Assembly: GCA_963816355.1 (NCBI GenBank)
Contig: CAWFKH010000003.1
Location: forward strand, 1,152,001-1,216,000
Origin: an uncultured Gemmatimonadales bacterium
GTDB lineage: Bacteria; Gemmatimonadota; Gemmatimonadetes; Longimicrobiales; RSA9
DNA length: 64,000 nucleotides
Direction: 5' to 3'
Position numbers and translations under genes: made by a program
Part shown: piece after piece, positions 1 to 8,314 of the stretch
Position numbering within the stretch: the first letter of the stretch is position 1
How the letters are laid out: the number at the start of each line of letters is the position of its first letter
The notes under the pieces: generated by a model
Seen by the model: the letters and a program-made list of their open reading frames with translations, nothing else
What the model was told of the DNA's origin: nothing
Database searches by the model: none

Positions 1-263
1 CGGAGCAGCCAGGTGCGGAAGCTCGCGTCGCCGCGGAATCCGGAGAGCCCCCGCAACGCCAGGATCCACGCTTCCTGCGCCGCATCCTCGGCCGCCTCCG
101 GGTCGAGCGTGATCCGGCGCGCCACCTGAAACACCGCACTCAGGTGACGCGACACCAGCGCATCCAGCGCCGCCGCGTCTCCCTGCCGGGCACGCGCGAC
201 GAGGACGTCGTCCGCCTCGCCGATGGCGCCTCGATCCCGAGCTGCCTCGCGACTCTCGTTCAC
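1..263 (-). CDS. ECF-family RNA polymerase sigma factor, N-terminal part (runs off the window edge)
   Basis: Not in the ORF track. Manual translation from GTG at 263 gives MNESREAARDRGAIGEADDVLVARARQGDAAALDALVSRHLSAVFQVARRITLDPEAAEDAAQEAWILALRGLSGFRGDASFRTWLL, a typical ECF region 2 (AEDxxQE, FRGDASFRTWL). Confidence 0.88.
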   Translation of the reverse strand, partial: MNESREAARDRGAIGEADDVLVARARQGDAAALDALVSRHLSAVFQVARRITLDPEAAEDAAQEAWILALRGLSGFRGDASFRTWLL

Positions 264-274
264 CCTGTCCTACG

Positions 275-297
275 GACGCGCAATGCGCCGGAAACGT
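275..297 (-). promoter_or_regulatory. Putative ECF-type promoter ACGTTTCCGG-N9-CGTC upstream of the ECF sigma gene
   Basis: The same motif with the same spacing lies upstream of the second ECF gene (31374-31396). CGTC resembles common ECF -10 elements. Confidence 0.45.
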
Positions 298-345
298 AAA
301 AAGGCCGGGGGAGCTCCGCGCGCTGCCGCGCGGGCGCCCCCGGCC
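298..345 (-). terminator. Intrinsic terminator after the HU/IHF gene
   Basis: Minus strand reads GGCCGGGGG...CCCCCGGCC followed by TTTTT, just past the stop codon at 374. Confidence 0.75.
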
Positions 346-373
346 CTGCCCGACCCGAACGGCGCTCTGGCCG

Positions 374-664
374 TCAGTCGCCGTTGGCCGACACCTGCAC
401 GCGCAGGTCCTTCGATGGCTTGAAGACCGGAACGGCCCGCGAAGGAACCTTGACCGGGTCGCCCGTACGAGGGTTGCGCGCCATGCGGGAGCGGCGCTCG
501 CGCACCTTGAACGTGCCGAAACCGCGGATCTCGATGTGGTTGTGCTCCGACAACGCCTTCTTGATGGCGTTCAGCAAGCCATCCACGACGAGGGCACAGT
601 CCTTCTTCGTGATCCCTGGCCCGATCGCATCCGCTACCTGCTCGACGAGATCCGCTTTCGTCAT
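374..664 (-). CDS. HU/IHF-family nucleoid-associated DNA-binding protein
   Basis: MTKADLVEQVA...IEIRGFGTFKVRERRSRMARNPRTG...PVFKPSKDLR; SD-like GGAGG before the ATG at 664. Confidence 0.95.
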   Translation of the reverse strand: MTKADLVEQVADAIGPGITKKDCALVVDGLLNAIKKALSEHNHIEIRGFGTFKVRERRSRMARNPRTGDPVKVPSRAVPVFKPSKDLRVQVSANGD

Positions 665-896
665 TGTTCCTCCCTGCCGGCTCTCATGCCGTGGATCCGG
701 GCGCCGGATCTCCCGGACGTGGCTCTCGGTGGACATCGATGATGACCGCTGCCGCGCGGACCCGCGAGGAACGCGAGTCGCGCGCGCGTCGCTATCGACC
801 GACGCGCATCGGGGCGCGGAGCGAACCGGTACAGAGGCCGCCGCTGGCATCGGAGCTTTGGTCGAACTCGTTATCGCTAAACGCGATAGGCGCCGT

Positions 897-926
897 ACAT
901 TAGTGTCGCCGACGGGACCGCGTCAA
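897..926 (-). promoter_or_regulatory. Putative sigma70 promoter for the HU/IHF gene
   Basis: TTGACG-18 nt-TAATGT on the minus strand. Confidence 0.45.
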
Positions 927-931
927 GACTT

Positions 932-2041
932 CTACGATGCGGCCGACGCGATTTCCTCGACGAAGCGATCGAACAGATAGCGCGAATCGTGTGGGCCGGG
1001 CGCCGACTCCGGGTGGTACTGCACGCTGAAGACCGGGAGGTCCCGGTGTGCGACCCCTTCGACGGTGCCGTCGTTCAGGTTGACGTGGGTGACGCGGAGC
1101 TCCGGCGCCCCGGGGACGGCATCGCCTTCGCCGCCGCGCACGGCGAAGCCGTGGTTCTGGGCCGTGATCTCCACTGCGCCGGTGTCGAGCCGGCGCACCG
1201 GGTGATTCGCGCCACGATGGCCGTAGAGCAGCTTGTACGTCTGCGCCCCGAAGGCGCGGCCGATCAGCTGATGGCCGAGACAGATGCCGAAGATCGGCAG
1301 CCCGCTCGAGGCGGCGCCGCGGATCGCCCGCAGTGCCGGCTCGACGGCGTCCGGATCCCCGGGTCCGTTGGAGAGGAAGAGGCCGTCCGGATCCCGCTCG
1401 AGGAGGGCCTCCAGCGGCTCACCGGCGGGGAGCACGGTGACACGGCAGCCGCGCTCGGCGAGCAGCCGGAGCGAGTGCGACTTCACGCCGAAATCGTACG
1501 CGGCGACGTGGAACCGCTCGTCGCCCCGCGCCGGCACGTCGTACGCCTTGCCGGTGGTCACCGCGCCGGTGAGATCGAGGTGCTCCATGCGTGGCTGCGC
1601 CTCGATCCGGGCGGCCACCTCCCCGGGCGCGACGTCCGCCGGTGCGATCGCGCCGCGCATGGCGCCGGCGGAGCGGATGTGGCGCGTGAGCGCGCGCGTG
1701 TCGACCTCGCTCAGCGCGACGACGCCGGCGCGCTCGAGGTACGCGTCGAGCGAACCCTCGGCGCGCCAGCCGGAGTAGCGCCGCGCCATCTCCCGCACGA
1801 TGAAGCCGGCGACCTGCGGACGGGCCGACTCCTGGTCCTCCCGGTTGACGCCGTAATTGCCGATCAGCGGGTAGGTCATGGTGACGATCTGGCCGGCGTA
1901 GGAGGGGTCGGTCAACACCTCCTGATAACCGGTCATCGAGGTGTTGAAGACCACCTCGCCGACGGCCACGCCGCGCGCGCCCACGGCCTCACCGTGGAAG
2001 CGCCGTCCGTCTTCGAGCAGCAGGTAGGCCGGATTCGCCAT
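932..2041 (-). CDS. carA: Carbamoyl-phosphate synthase small subunit
   Basis: GEVVFNTSMTGYQEVLTDPSY, LSNGPGDP, GICLGHQ, SVQYHPE motifs. Confidence 0.97.
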   Translation of the reverse strand: MANPAYLLLEDGRRFHGEAVGARGVAVGEVVFNTSMTGYQEVLTDPSYAGQIVTMTYPLIGNYGVNREDQESARPQVAGFIVREMARRYSGWRAEGSLDAYLERAGVVALSEVDTRALTRHIRSAGAMRGAIAPADVAPGEVAARIEAQPRMEHLDLTGAVTTGKAYDVPARGDERFHVAAYDFGVKSHSLRLLAERGCRVTVLPAGEPLEALLERDPDGLFLSNGPGDPDAVEPALRAIRGAASSGLPIFGICLGHQLIGRAFGAQTYKLLYGHRGANHPVRRLDTGAVEITAQNHGFAVRGGEGDAVPGAPELRVTHVNLNDGTVEGVAHRDLPVFSVQYHPESAPGPHDSRYLFDRFVEEIASAAS

Positions 2042-2077
2042 CGGGTCGGGTCGGATCGGATGGGGATGGAGTGCCGC

Positions 2078-2105
2078 AAGGTAATGGCTCGCCTGGGGTT
2101 GTCAA
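2078..2105 (-). promoter_or_regulatory. Putative sigma70 promoter for carA
   Basis: TTGACA-16 nt-TACCTT on the minus strand. Confidence 0.5.
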
Positions 2106-2115
2106 GCCGCGCCGC

Positions 2116-4113
2116 TCACGCTCCGCGACGCTGGCCCGGCGGGGGCGGCGTGGGGCCCGCTGCGACGATCGCATCCAGTACGGCGAAGAGCGCGGGCAGC
2201 TCGAACGGCTTGTCGAGCACGGGCCGCTTCACCTCCTCGATGAAGCGGTGCACCTCCTCCGCGACGTTGTCGCCGGTGCACAGCACGAGGCGCTCGACGT
2301 AGGCGGGATGATGGCTCGCGATCCAGCGCACCATCTCCATGCCGTTCATACCCGGCATCTTCAGATCCGTGAGGACGACATCGAACGCCTCGCCGCTCGC
2401 CTCGGCCTCCGCGATGCGCGAGGTGGCGACGGCGCCGTTCTCCGCCTCCACGATCTGCCACCCGCGGCGCCGGAGCGCGCGCCCGATCAGCCTGCGGAGC
2501 GCGGCCTCGTCGTCCACGATCAGGATGCGGTGCCCACCGTCCGGGTTCGGCGCCGCCGCCGCGACCTCGTGGCCGGACTCGGCCGCAGGCGCCGGCGCCG
2601 CGGTGGCCGTCGCGACGTCGCTCGATGCGTCCTCGACGGCGCCGTCGCTGCGCGGCAGCTCGACCACGAAGCGGGCGCCGCCTCCCTCGCAGTTCGCCGC
2701 CCGGACCGTACCGCCGTGGTTCTCGATCGCGTTGCGGGCGAGGAAGAGGCCGAGACCGGTTCCCTCCCCCACCGCGCGCGTCGTGAAGAACGCCTCGAAG
2801 ATGCGCGGCAGCGTGGCCTCTGGAATGCCGGGACCGTCGTCCTCGACGGTGAGGCGCGTCGAGGTCTCGTCCGCCTCGATCCGGATGCGCACGGTCCCGC
2901 CCGGTCCCGTGGCGCGCGCCGCGTTGTCCACGATGTTGGTGAGCGCGCGCTCCAGGAGCCTCGCGCTGCCCCGCACGAAGCTGAGCTGATGCCGGGAGAA
3001 GTCAATGCGAGGCGAGGCGGGGCCCAGGCGAGAGCGGACCGTTTCGACCGCGGCGCGGGCGATGCGCCCCAGATCGAAGACGCCGGACCGCCCCACCTCC
3101 GGACGCGTCGCGACCAGCAGCTCGCGCACGATCTCGCGGGCGCGCGAAGCGTGGCTCCGGATCACCTCGACGGCGACGTCGCGGTCGCGCCCGTCGGCGG
3201 TTCCCTGAAGCAGCTCCTCCGAGGCGAGCAGGACCGCCGCGAGTGGGTTGTTCAGCTCGTGCGCCACGCCCGACACGAGCGAGCCGACGGCGGCGAGCTT
3301 TTCGGACTCGTGGAGCGCCGCCTCGGCGGAAGCCAGCCGCCCGAGCGACTCGGTGGCCGCATTCAGCTCGCGGGCGAGCACGCGGAACTCCGTCGGGAAG
3401 CGGGAGCCGTCGGTTCGCGCGTCAAAGTCGCCGCGGCTCAGTGCGCCGGCGTGCGTGAGGAGCTTCTGGAGCGGGCGGCGCAGCGCGTGCGCAATGCGGG
3501 CGCTGACGAGCGCGGCGAGCAGGAGCGCGCCGAGGAGCAGGCCGAGCACCACGAAGCCCCCCCGCTGAGCGGCGCGCTGGAGCGTCGCCGATGCATCGAG
3601 CAGCCGCTGTACGCGCGCGGAGCGAAGCTGCGCGATGCCGATGTGGACGGCGTCCGCCTCCGAGCGCGCCTGCTGCGTCTCCACTCTCATCTCGGCGAGG
3701 CGGCCGAGGTCGCGCAGCCGGTTGGCGCGCGCGTAATGGATCTCCGCTCGGGCGAGGTTCTGCGACACGCGTCCGAGGACGAGCACCTCCTGGCTCGTCT
3801 GGCCGAAGGCGCGCGCGAGGCGCCCGAATACGCTCGTGGCGGAGCGGGAGCGCCGATGGAACTCCGCCTCCGCGGCCGGTTCGCCCTCGGCGAGGTAGCG
3901 CTCCGCCGCCGAGAACTCGGCGAGGATCGCGGTCTCCAGATCGGCCTCGAGCGCGGACTCCGTCTCCAGGCTCGTCAGCGTGCGGCCGACGAGCGTCGAC
4001 ATGCGATCCAGGGTGCGCCAGCCGAGGAACGAAGTAACGACGATGAGCACGCCGATCGCGAGCATCGAGGCGCGGACGCGCACACGGATGCTGGTGGGAG
4101 CGCGGCGCTTCAC
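2116..4113 (-). CDS. Hybrid sensor histidine kinase (2 TM, periplasmic helical sensor, HAMP, HisKA, HATPase, receiver)
   Basis: H-box GVAHELNNPL, N-box NIVDNA, DDGPG, FFTT, GTGLGL; receiver ILIVDDE...TDLKMPG...KPF. Confidence 0.93.
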   Translation of the reverse strand: MKRRAPTSIRVRVRASMLAIGVLIVVTSFLGWRTLDRMSTLVGRTLTSLETESALEADLETAILAEFSAAERYLAEGEPAAEAEFHRRSRSATSVFGRLARAFGQTSQEVLVLGRVSQNLARAEIHYARANRLRDLGRLAEMRVETQQARSEADAVHIGIAQLRSARVQRLLDASATLQRAAQRGGFVVLGLLLGALLLAALVSARIAHALRRPLQKLLTHAGALSRGDFDARTDGSRFPTEFRVLARELNAATESLGRLASAEAALHESEKLAAVGSLVSGVAHELNNPLAAVLLASEELLQGTADGRDRDVAVEVIRSHASRAREIVRELLVATRPEVGRSGVFDLGRIARAAVETVRSRLGPASPRIDFSRHQLSFVRGSARLLERALTNIVDNAARATGPGGTVRIRIEADETSTRLTVEDDGPGIPEATLPRIFEAFFTTRAVGEGTGLGLFLARNAIENHGGTVRAANCEGGGARFVVELPRSDGAVEDASSDVATATAAPAPAAESGHEVAAAAPNPDGGHRILIVDDEAALRRLIGRALRRRGWQIVEAENGAVATSRIAEAEASGEAFDVVLTDLKMPGMNGMEMVRWIASHHPAYVERLVLCTGDNVAEEVHRFIEEVKRPVLDKPFELPALFAVLDAIVAAGPTPPPPGQRRGA

Positions 4114-5210
4114 GGACGCCGTGCCCGGATCGGATCGGCTCTGCCGTCCACGAGCTGGACGAGGCGGGCCTCGCCGCCCCTGCGGTCGCCGTCGCGCGCG
4201 AACGACACCCGGCCCGTGACGCCAGGGACGCCGCCCGCGTCGGCGAGGCCGGCGAGCGCGCCGCGAATCGCCGCGCGCCCGGTGCCGCCGCGCCGCATCG
4301 CCGCGACGACCGCCATCACGGCGTCATAGGAGAGCGCCGCCTGGGCGTCCGGGACCACGCCGTACGCCGCCTGGAAACGGCTCACGAAACGGGCGGCCGA
4401 CGAATCGTCCGGAACCGCGACGAACGGCACCGCCAGGATCACCTCGCCCGCGATGTCCTGCCGGCCCACCAGACCGAGCAGCGGGTCGGAGCTGACGAAC
4501 GTCGCCTCGATCCCCGCCGCGCGCGCGTCGTGGATGATGCCGGCCGCCACCGACGCCCGCGTGCCGAGGAAGACGACGTCCGGAGCCCGCCGCCGGAGCA
4601 GGGAGAGCACCGGCTCGACGGCGGCGCCACCGCTGTCCACGCCGATCGGGTCGGCCACCTCGATGGTGCCCGGGAACTGGTCCTCGAACGCCCACGCCAT
4701 GCTGCGCGCCCGACTGCTCAGGTTCTCGTGAAGCACCGCGGCCGTTCGCCAGCCGCGCCGCCGCGACAGCGACGCGAGGACCGCCGCGTACGCCGAGTCG
4801 GTGAGGTTGAGGCGGAACGCCCACGGCGAGATACCGGTCAGCTCCGGCGAGGTGGTGGTGGGAGCGACGGAGGCGAGGTGCCCCTCGTAGATCGAGGCCG
4901 AGCTGCGCGTCGACGGGGCGTTGGAATGGCCCACGACCGCGACGATCTGGCCGTCGCGCACGATGCGCGTCGCCACCGCGACGGCGGAGTCCGGCAAACC
5001 GCCGTCGTCGAAATAGCGGATGCGGAGGGGTCTGCCATCGATGCCGCCCGCCTCGTCGACGACGCGCCCGGCCAGCTCGACGCCGCGCCGTGACATGGCG
5101 CCGTCGGGCGTGCTCCACCAGCCGGCCGCGGCGAGCACGACCGGCTCGCGCGGCCCGCACCCGAAGGAGGTGGCGAGCAACACTGCCCATATGCGACTTC
5201 GCACCGACAT
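4110..5210 (-). CDS. Branched-chain amino acid-type (LivJ-like) substrate-binding protein, probable lipoprotein
   Basis: Signal peptide ending in FGC; GGIDGRPLRIRYFDDGG, AVVGH, SPWAFRL, SYDAV, GVTGRVSFARDGDR. GTGA overlap with the kinase gene. Confidence 0.85.
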   Translation of the reverse strand: MSVRSRIWAVLLATSFGCGPREPVVLAAAGWWSTPDGAMSRRGVELAGRVVDEAGGIDGRPLRIRYFDDGGLPDSAVAVATRIVRDGQIVAVVGHSNAPSTRSSASIYEGHLASVAPTTTSPELTGISPWAFRLNLTDSAYAAVLASLSRRRGWRTAAVLHENLSSRARSMAWAFEDQFPGTIEVADPIGVDSGGAAVEPVLSLLRRRAPDVVFLGTRASVAAGIIHDARAAGIEATFVSSDPLLGLVGRQDIAGEVILAVPFVAVPDDSSAARFVSRFQAAYGVVPDAQAALSYDAVMAVVAAMRRGGTGRAAIRGALAGLADAGGVPGVTGRVSFARDGDRRGGEARLVQLVDGRADPIRARRP

Positions 5211-5459
5211 CGGTGCCGTTCCATTCCGGCGGTCAGGGGTGGGGGGTCACACGCACCCCCGACACAACAATGAACCCATGCGTATCGCGACACAAGCTTT
5301 GCGCACAACGACTTGCACGCTTCAGCCCGGCGGAGCCGCCGTGCCACGGACCCGCGGCGGGTGTCACGCGCGCGCCACCGGGCGTATCATCCCGGCGACG
5401 ACGTCCCTCCTCCCGCCGCCGGCGCGAGGCCGCTCCGCCGCACCCGACGGAAAGAACCG

Positions 5460-6080
5460 ATGGGCCCGCTGATCCACATCTTCGCCGACGAATCGTGCCT
5501 CGGCAACACGCGCGACCGTCCGAGCCGCGGCGGCGCCGCGGGCATGCTGGCGTACTGGACCGGCGGCCAGTGGGAGCGGCGCGACTTCTGGATCAGCGAG
5601 GCGGCGACGACGAACAATCGGATGGCGATCCGCAGCGCGATCGAGGCGCTGCGCCACCTGAAGCGGGCGTCGCGCGTCGTGTTCACGTCGGACTCGCAGT
5701 ACCTCGTGAGAGGCATGGACTCGTGGGTTCACGGCTGGATCCGGCGAGGGTGGAAGCGGAAGGGTGGCGCCGTCGAGAACGTCGAGCTGTGGCAGGAGCT
5801 GGTCCGCGTCGCCGCGCGCCACGAGGTCGAGTGGAGTTGGGTCCGCGGTCACGCCGGCCATCCGGAAAACGAATACGCCAACGAGCTGGCGACGCGCGCG
5901 GCGCGCGAGCAGAACGATTCGCGCGGGCTCGTGCCCTCCGGTTTCTCGGCCTGGCTCGAGGAGGAGCGGGAGGGTCACGAGCGCTACCTGGACTACTTCG
6001 AGTTCGAGCCTCCCACGGAACGGCCGTTTCGCCCCTCCCGGCCGCCGGGGCGCGCCGCGGGCGGGGGCGGCGAGGAGTGA
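5460..6080 (+). CDS. rnhA: Ribonuclease HI
   Basis: IFADESCLGN, TTNNRM, TSDSQYL, GWIRRGWK, VENVELWQEL, WVRGHAGHPENEYA. Confidence 0.93.
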   Translation: MGPLIHIFADESCLGNTRDRPSRGGAAGMLAYWTGGQWERRDFWISEAATTNNRMAIRSAIEALRHLKRASRVVFTSDSQYLVRGMDSWVHGWIRRGWKRKGGAVENVELWQELVRVAARHEVEWSWVRGHAGHPENEYANELATRAAREQNDSRGLVPSGFSAWLEEEREGHERYLDYFEFEPPTERPFRPSRPPGRAAGGGGEE

Positions 6081-6736
6081 GCGTAGGCCGGCGCGTGCGC
6101 TCGCGGCCCTGAGTCCGCGCCGAACACGTCCGCGAACGCCGCCGTGACCCGCTCCTCCGCCACCTCCATCGCGCAGCGGTGGCCGAGAACGGCCCCGATG
6201 GACGTCACGCCGTGGTTCGTGATCCCGCACGGCACGATGGCGTCGAAGTAGGCGAGGTTGGTAGAGACGTTGAGCGCGAATCCGTGCGACGTGATCCAGC
6301 CGCTGGAGACGCGTACTCCGATCGCCGCGATCTTCCCGTCGCCGACCCACACGCCGGTGAGTCCCGTCTTCCGTCCCGCTTCGATCCCCCACGTGGCGAG
6401 GGCCCGGATCAGGACCTCCTCGAGGTCACGGACGTAGCCGTGCAGGTCGCGGCGGTCCGGCGAGAGGCCGAGAATCGGATATCCGACGAGCTGACCCGGC
6501 CCGTGATAGGTGACGTCGCCGCCTCGGCCGGTCTCGAAGAGGTCGATCCCGAGCAGCGTCCTCGCGGCGTCGTCGACGAGGACGTGGCCGGTGTCGGAAG
6601 AGGAGCCGAGGGTGATGACGTGCGGGTGTTCCAGCAGCAGGAGCTGGTCCGGGATCTCGCCCACGCGACGTCGGCGGACGAGGTCCTCCTGGAGAGAAAG
6701 CGCCTCGGCGTAGGGCACACGTCCGAGGCGCTTCAC
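5993..6736 (-). CDS. lipB: Lipoyl(octanoyl) transferase LipB; start uncertain (GTG 6736 or ATA 6790)
   Basis: LLLLEHPHVITLG, RGGDVTYHGPGQLVGYPI, TGVWV, KIAAIG, TSHGFALNV, IVPCGI. Confidence 0.92.
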   Translation of the reverse strand: MKRLGRVPYAEALSLQEDLVRRRRVGEIPDQLLLLEHPHVITLGSSSDTGHVLVDDAARTLLGIDLFETGRGGDVTYHGPGQLVGYPILGLSPDRRDLHGYVRDLEEVLIRALATWGIEAGRKTGLTGVWVGDGKIAAIGVRVSSGWITSHGFALNVSTNLAYFDAIVPCGITNHGVTSIGAVLGHRCAMEVAEERVTAAFADVFGADSGPRAHAPAYAHSSPPPPAARPGGREGRNGRSVGGSNSK

Positions 6737-6786
6737 CTCCAGCGTCCGGCCGCCGGAGTGGCGGCCGCCGAGCGGCCGGTGCGTCG

Positions 6787-8274
6787 CTATGCGGTCTCCT
6801 CCGGGAAGCTCTCCAGGAACGCCTTCAGCCGGGCGAGGAAGCGCGCGGCGTCGGCACCGTCCACGATGCGATGATCGTAGCCGAGGGAGAAGAGGGAGCG
6901 CTTGCGGATCACGATCGCATCCGCGCCGTCGACCTCCTCGACGACCGGCCGCTTCTCGATCGCGCCGGTGCCGAGAATGGCGGCCGTCCCCTCCGGTATG
7001 ACCGGCATGCCCACCATGGTGCCCAGCACGCCGGGGTTCGTGATCGAGAACGTGGCGCCCATCACCTCGTCCGGCTTGAGCCGCCGCTCGCGGGCGCGCG
7101 CCGCGAGATCGTTGATCCGCTTCGCGATGCCGACCAGCGCGAGCTCGTCCGCGTTGCGCAGGACCGGCACGATCAGGCCCGGGTTCAGGTCGACCGCGAT
7201 CCCCACGTTGATGTCGCCGCGGAAGAGGAGGTTGTTGCCGGAGACGGTGGCGTTCACCATGGGGAATTCCTGGAGCACGCGGGCGCACGCGAAGGCGACG
7301 AAGGCGGTGTAGCTCACCTTCACGCCCGCCTCCTCCCACCGGGCCTTTCCGGCCGCGCGGACGCGGTCCACGCGCGTGAAATCGATCTCGATGAAGGAGT
7401 GGACGTGGGGCGCGATCCGCTTCGCCCGCACCATGTGGTCCGCCGTGAGCTTGCGGATGCGGTCCATCGGCTCCAGGCGGTCGTGCTCCCGTGGCTGGAA
7501 TTCCGGGTGCCGCACCTCGCCGTAGAAGATGTCCCAGAACTCGTCCGTGGTGAAGGCGCCGCCGGCCGGCGTCCGCTCCCGAGGCCGGCCCGCCTCCACC
7601 GCTCCGCCCACCGTCGCCGCTTCCTTCTGCGCCGGCGCCTTCGCGCGCGCGTCGATGAACGCCAGAATGTCCTGCTTCGTCACGCGCCCCGCGTGGCCGG
7701 TCCCGGACACCTTCTGGAGGTCGACGTCGTGCTCCGAGGCGATCCGCCGCACGAGCGGGGTCGAGCGCCGCCGCAGCCGCTCCTCCGCGCTCTCGGCGCG
7801 GCCGTTCCCGCTCGGCTTCTCGGCGCCCGCCCCGGACGCCGGTGCTTCACGGGGCGACGCCGGCGCGGCGGCGGTCGCGGTCGCGGCGGCCTCCGCCGCG
7901 GCCGGTGATGCTTCGCCTTTGCCCGCTGCCGCGGGCGCGGCGCTCTCATCGGTCGCCGCCTGCTTCGCCGCGGCGGCGGAATCGCCGCCGGCGGCGGGCG
8001 CCTGCGCCGCCGGCGCATCCGCGGCAGCGCCCTTCTCGGTCTCGATGTAGGCGACGATCGTCCCGACTTCGACGGTCTCGCCCTCCGACACCGCGATTTC
8101 GGCGAGGGTCCCGGCGGCGGGTGCGGGGATCTCGGCATCGACCTTGTCGGTCGAGATCTCGAGGATCGGCTCGTCACGCTCGACGGCATCGCCGACCTGC
8201 TTCAGCCATTTCGAGACGGTGCCCTCGGCGATCGATTCGCCCATCTGGGGCATCGGCACTTCGATCTTCGCCAT
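6787..8274 (-). CDS. 2-oxoacid dehydrogenase E2 dihydrolipoamide acyltransferase
   Basis: Lipoyl domain (ISTDKVDAEIP), peripheral subunit-binding domain (STPLVRRIA...GTGHAGRVTKQDI), catalytic DHRIVDG. Start ATG 8274 or GTG 8280. Confidence 0.93.
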   Translation of the reverse strand: MAKIEVPMPQMGESIAEGTVSKWLKQVGDAVERDEPILEISTDKVDAEIPAPAAGTLAEIAVSEGETVEVGTIVAYIETEKGAAADAPAAQAPAAGGDSAAAAKQAATDESAAPAAAGKGEASPAAAEAAATATAAAPASPREAPASGAGAEKPSGNGRAESAEERLRRRSTPLVRRIASEHDVDLQKVSGTGHAGRVTKQDILAFIDARAKAPAQKEAATVGGAVEAGRPRERTPAGGAFTTDEFWDIFYGEVRHPEFQPREHDRLEPMDRIRKLTADHMVRAKRIAPHVHSFIEIDFTRVDRVRAAGKARWEEAGVKVSYTAFVAFACARVLQEFPMVNATVSGNNLLFRGDINVGIAVDLNPGLIVPVLRNADELALVGIAKRINDLAARARERRLKPDEVMGATFSITNPGVLGTMVGMPVIPEGTAAILGTGAIEKRPVVEEVDGADAIVIRKRSLFSLGYDHRIVDGADAARFLARLKAFLESFPEETA

Positions 8275-8314
8275 CTTCACACTCCGAGCGATGTCGGGGA
8301 GCGCAGGATCGTCG

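Noticed and set aside
932..2041. carA without adjacent carB
   Set aside because: Separated carA and carB genes are common in bacteria.
5280..5320. CGCAAAGC on the minus strand, reminiscent of a c-di-GMP-I riboswitch
   Set aside because: The flanking stems and tetraloop/receptor elements are not present.
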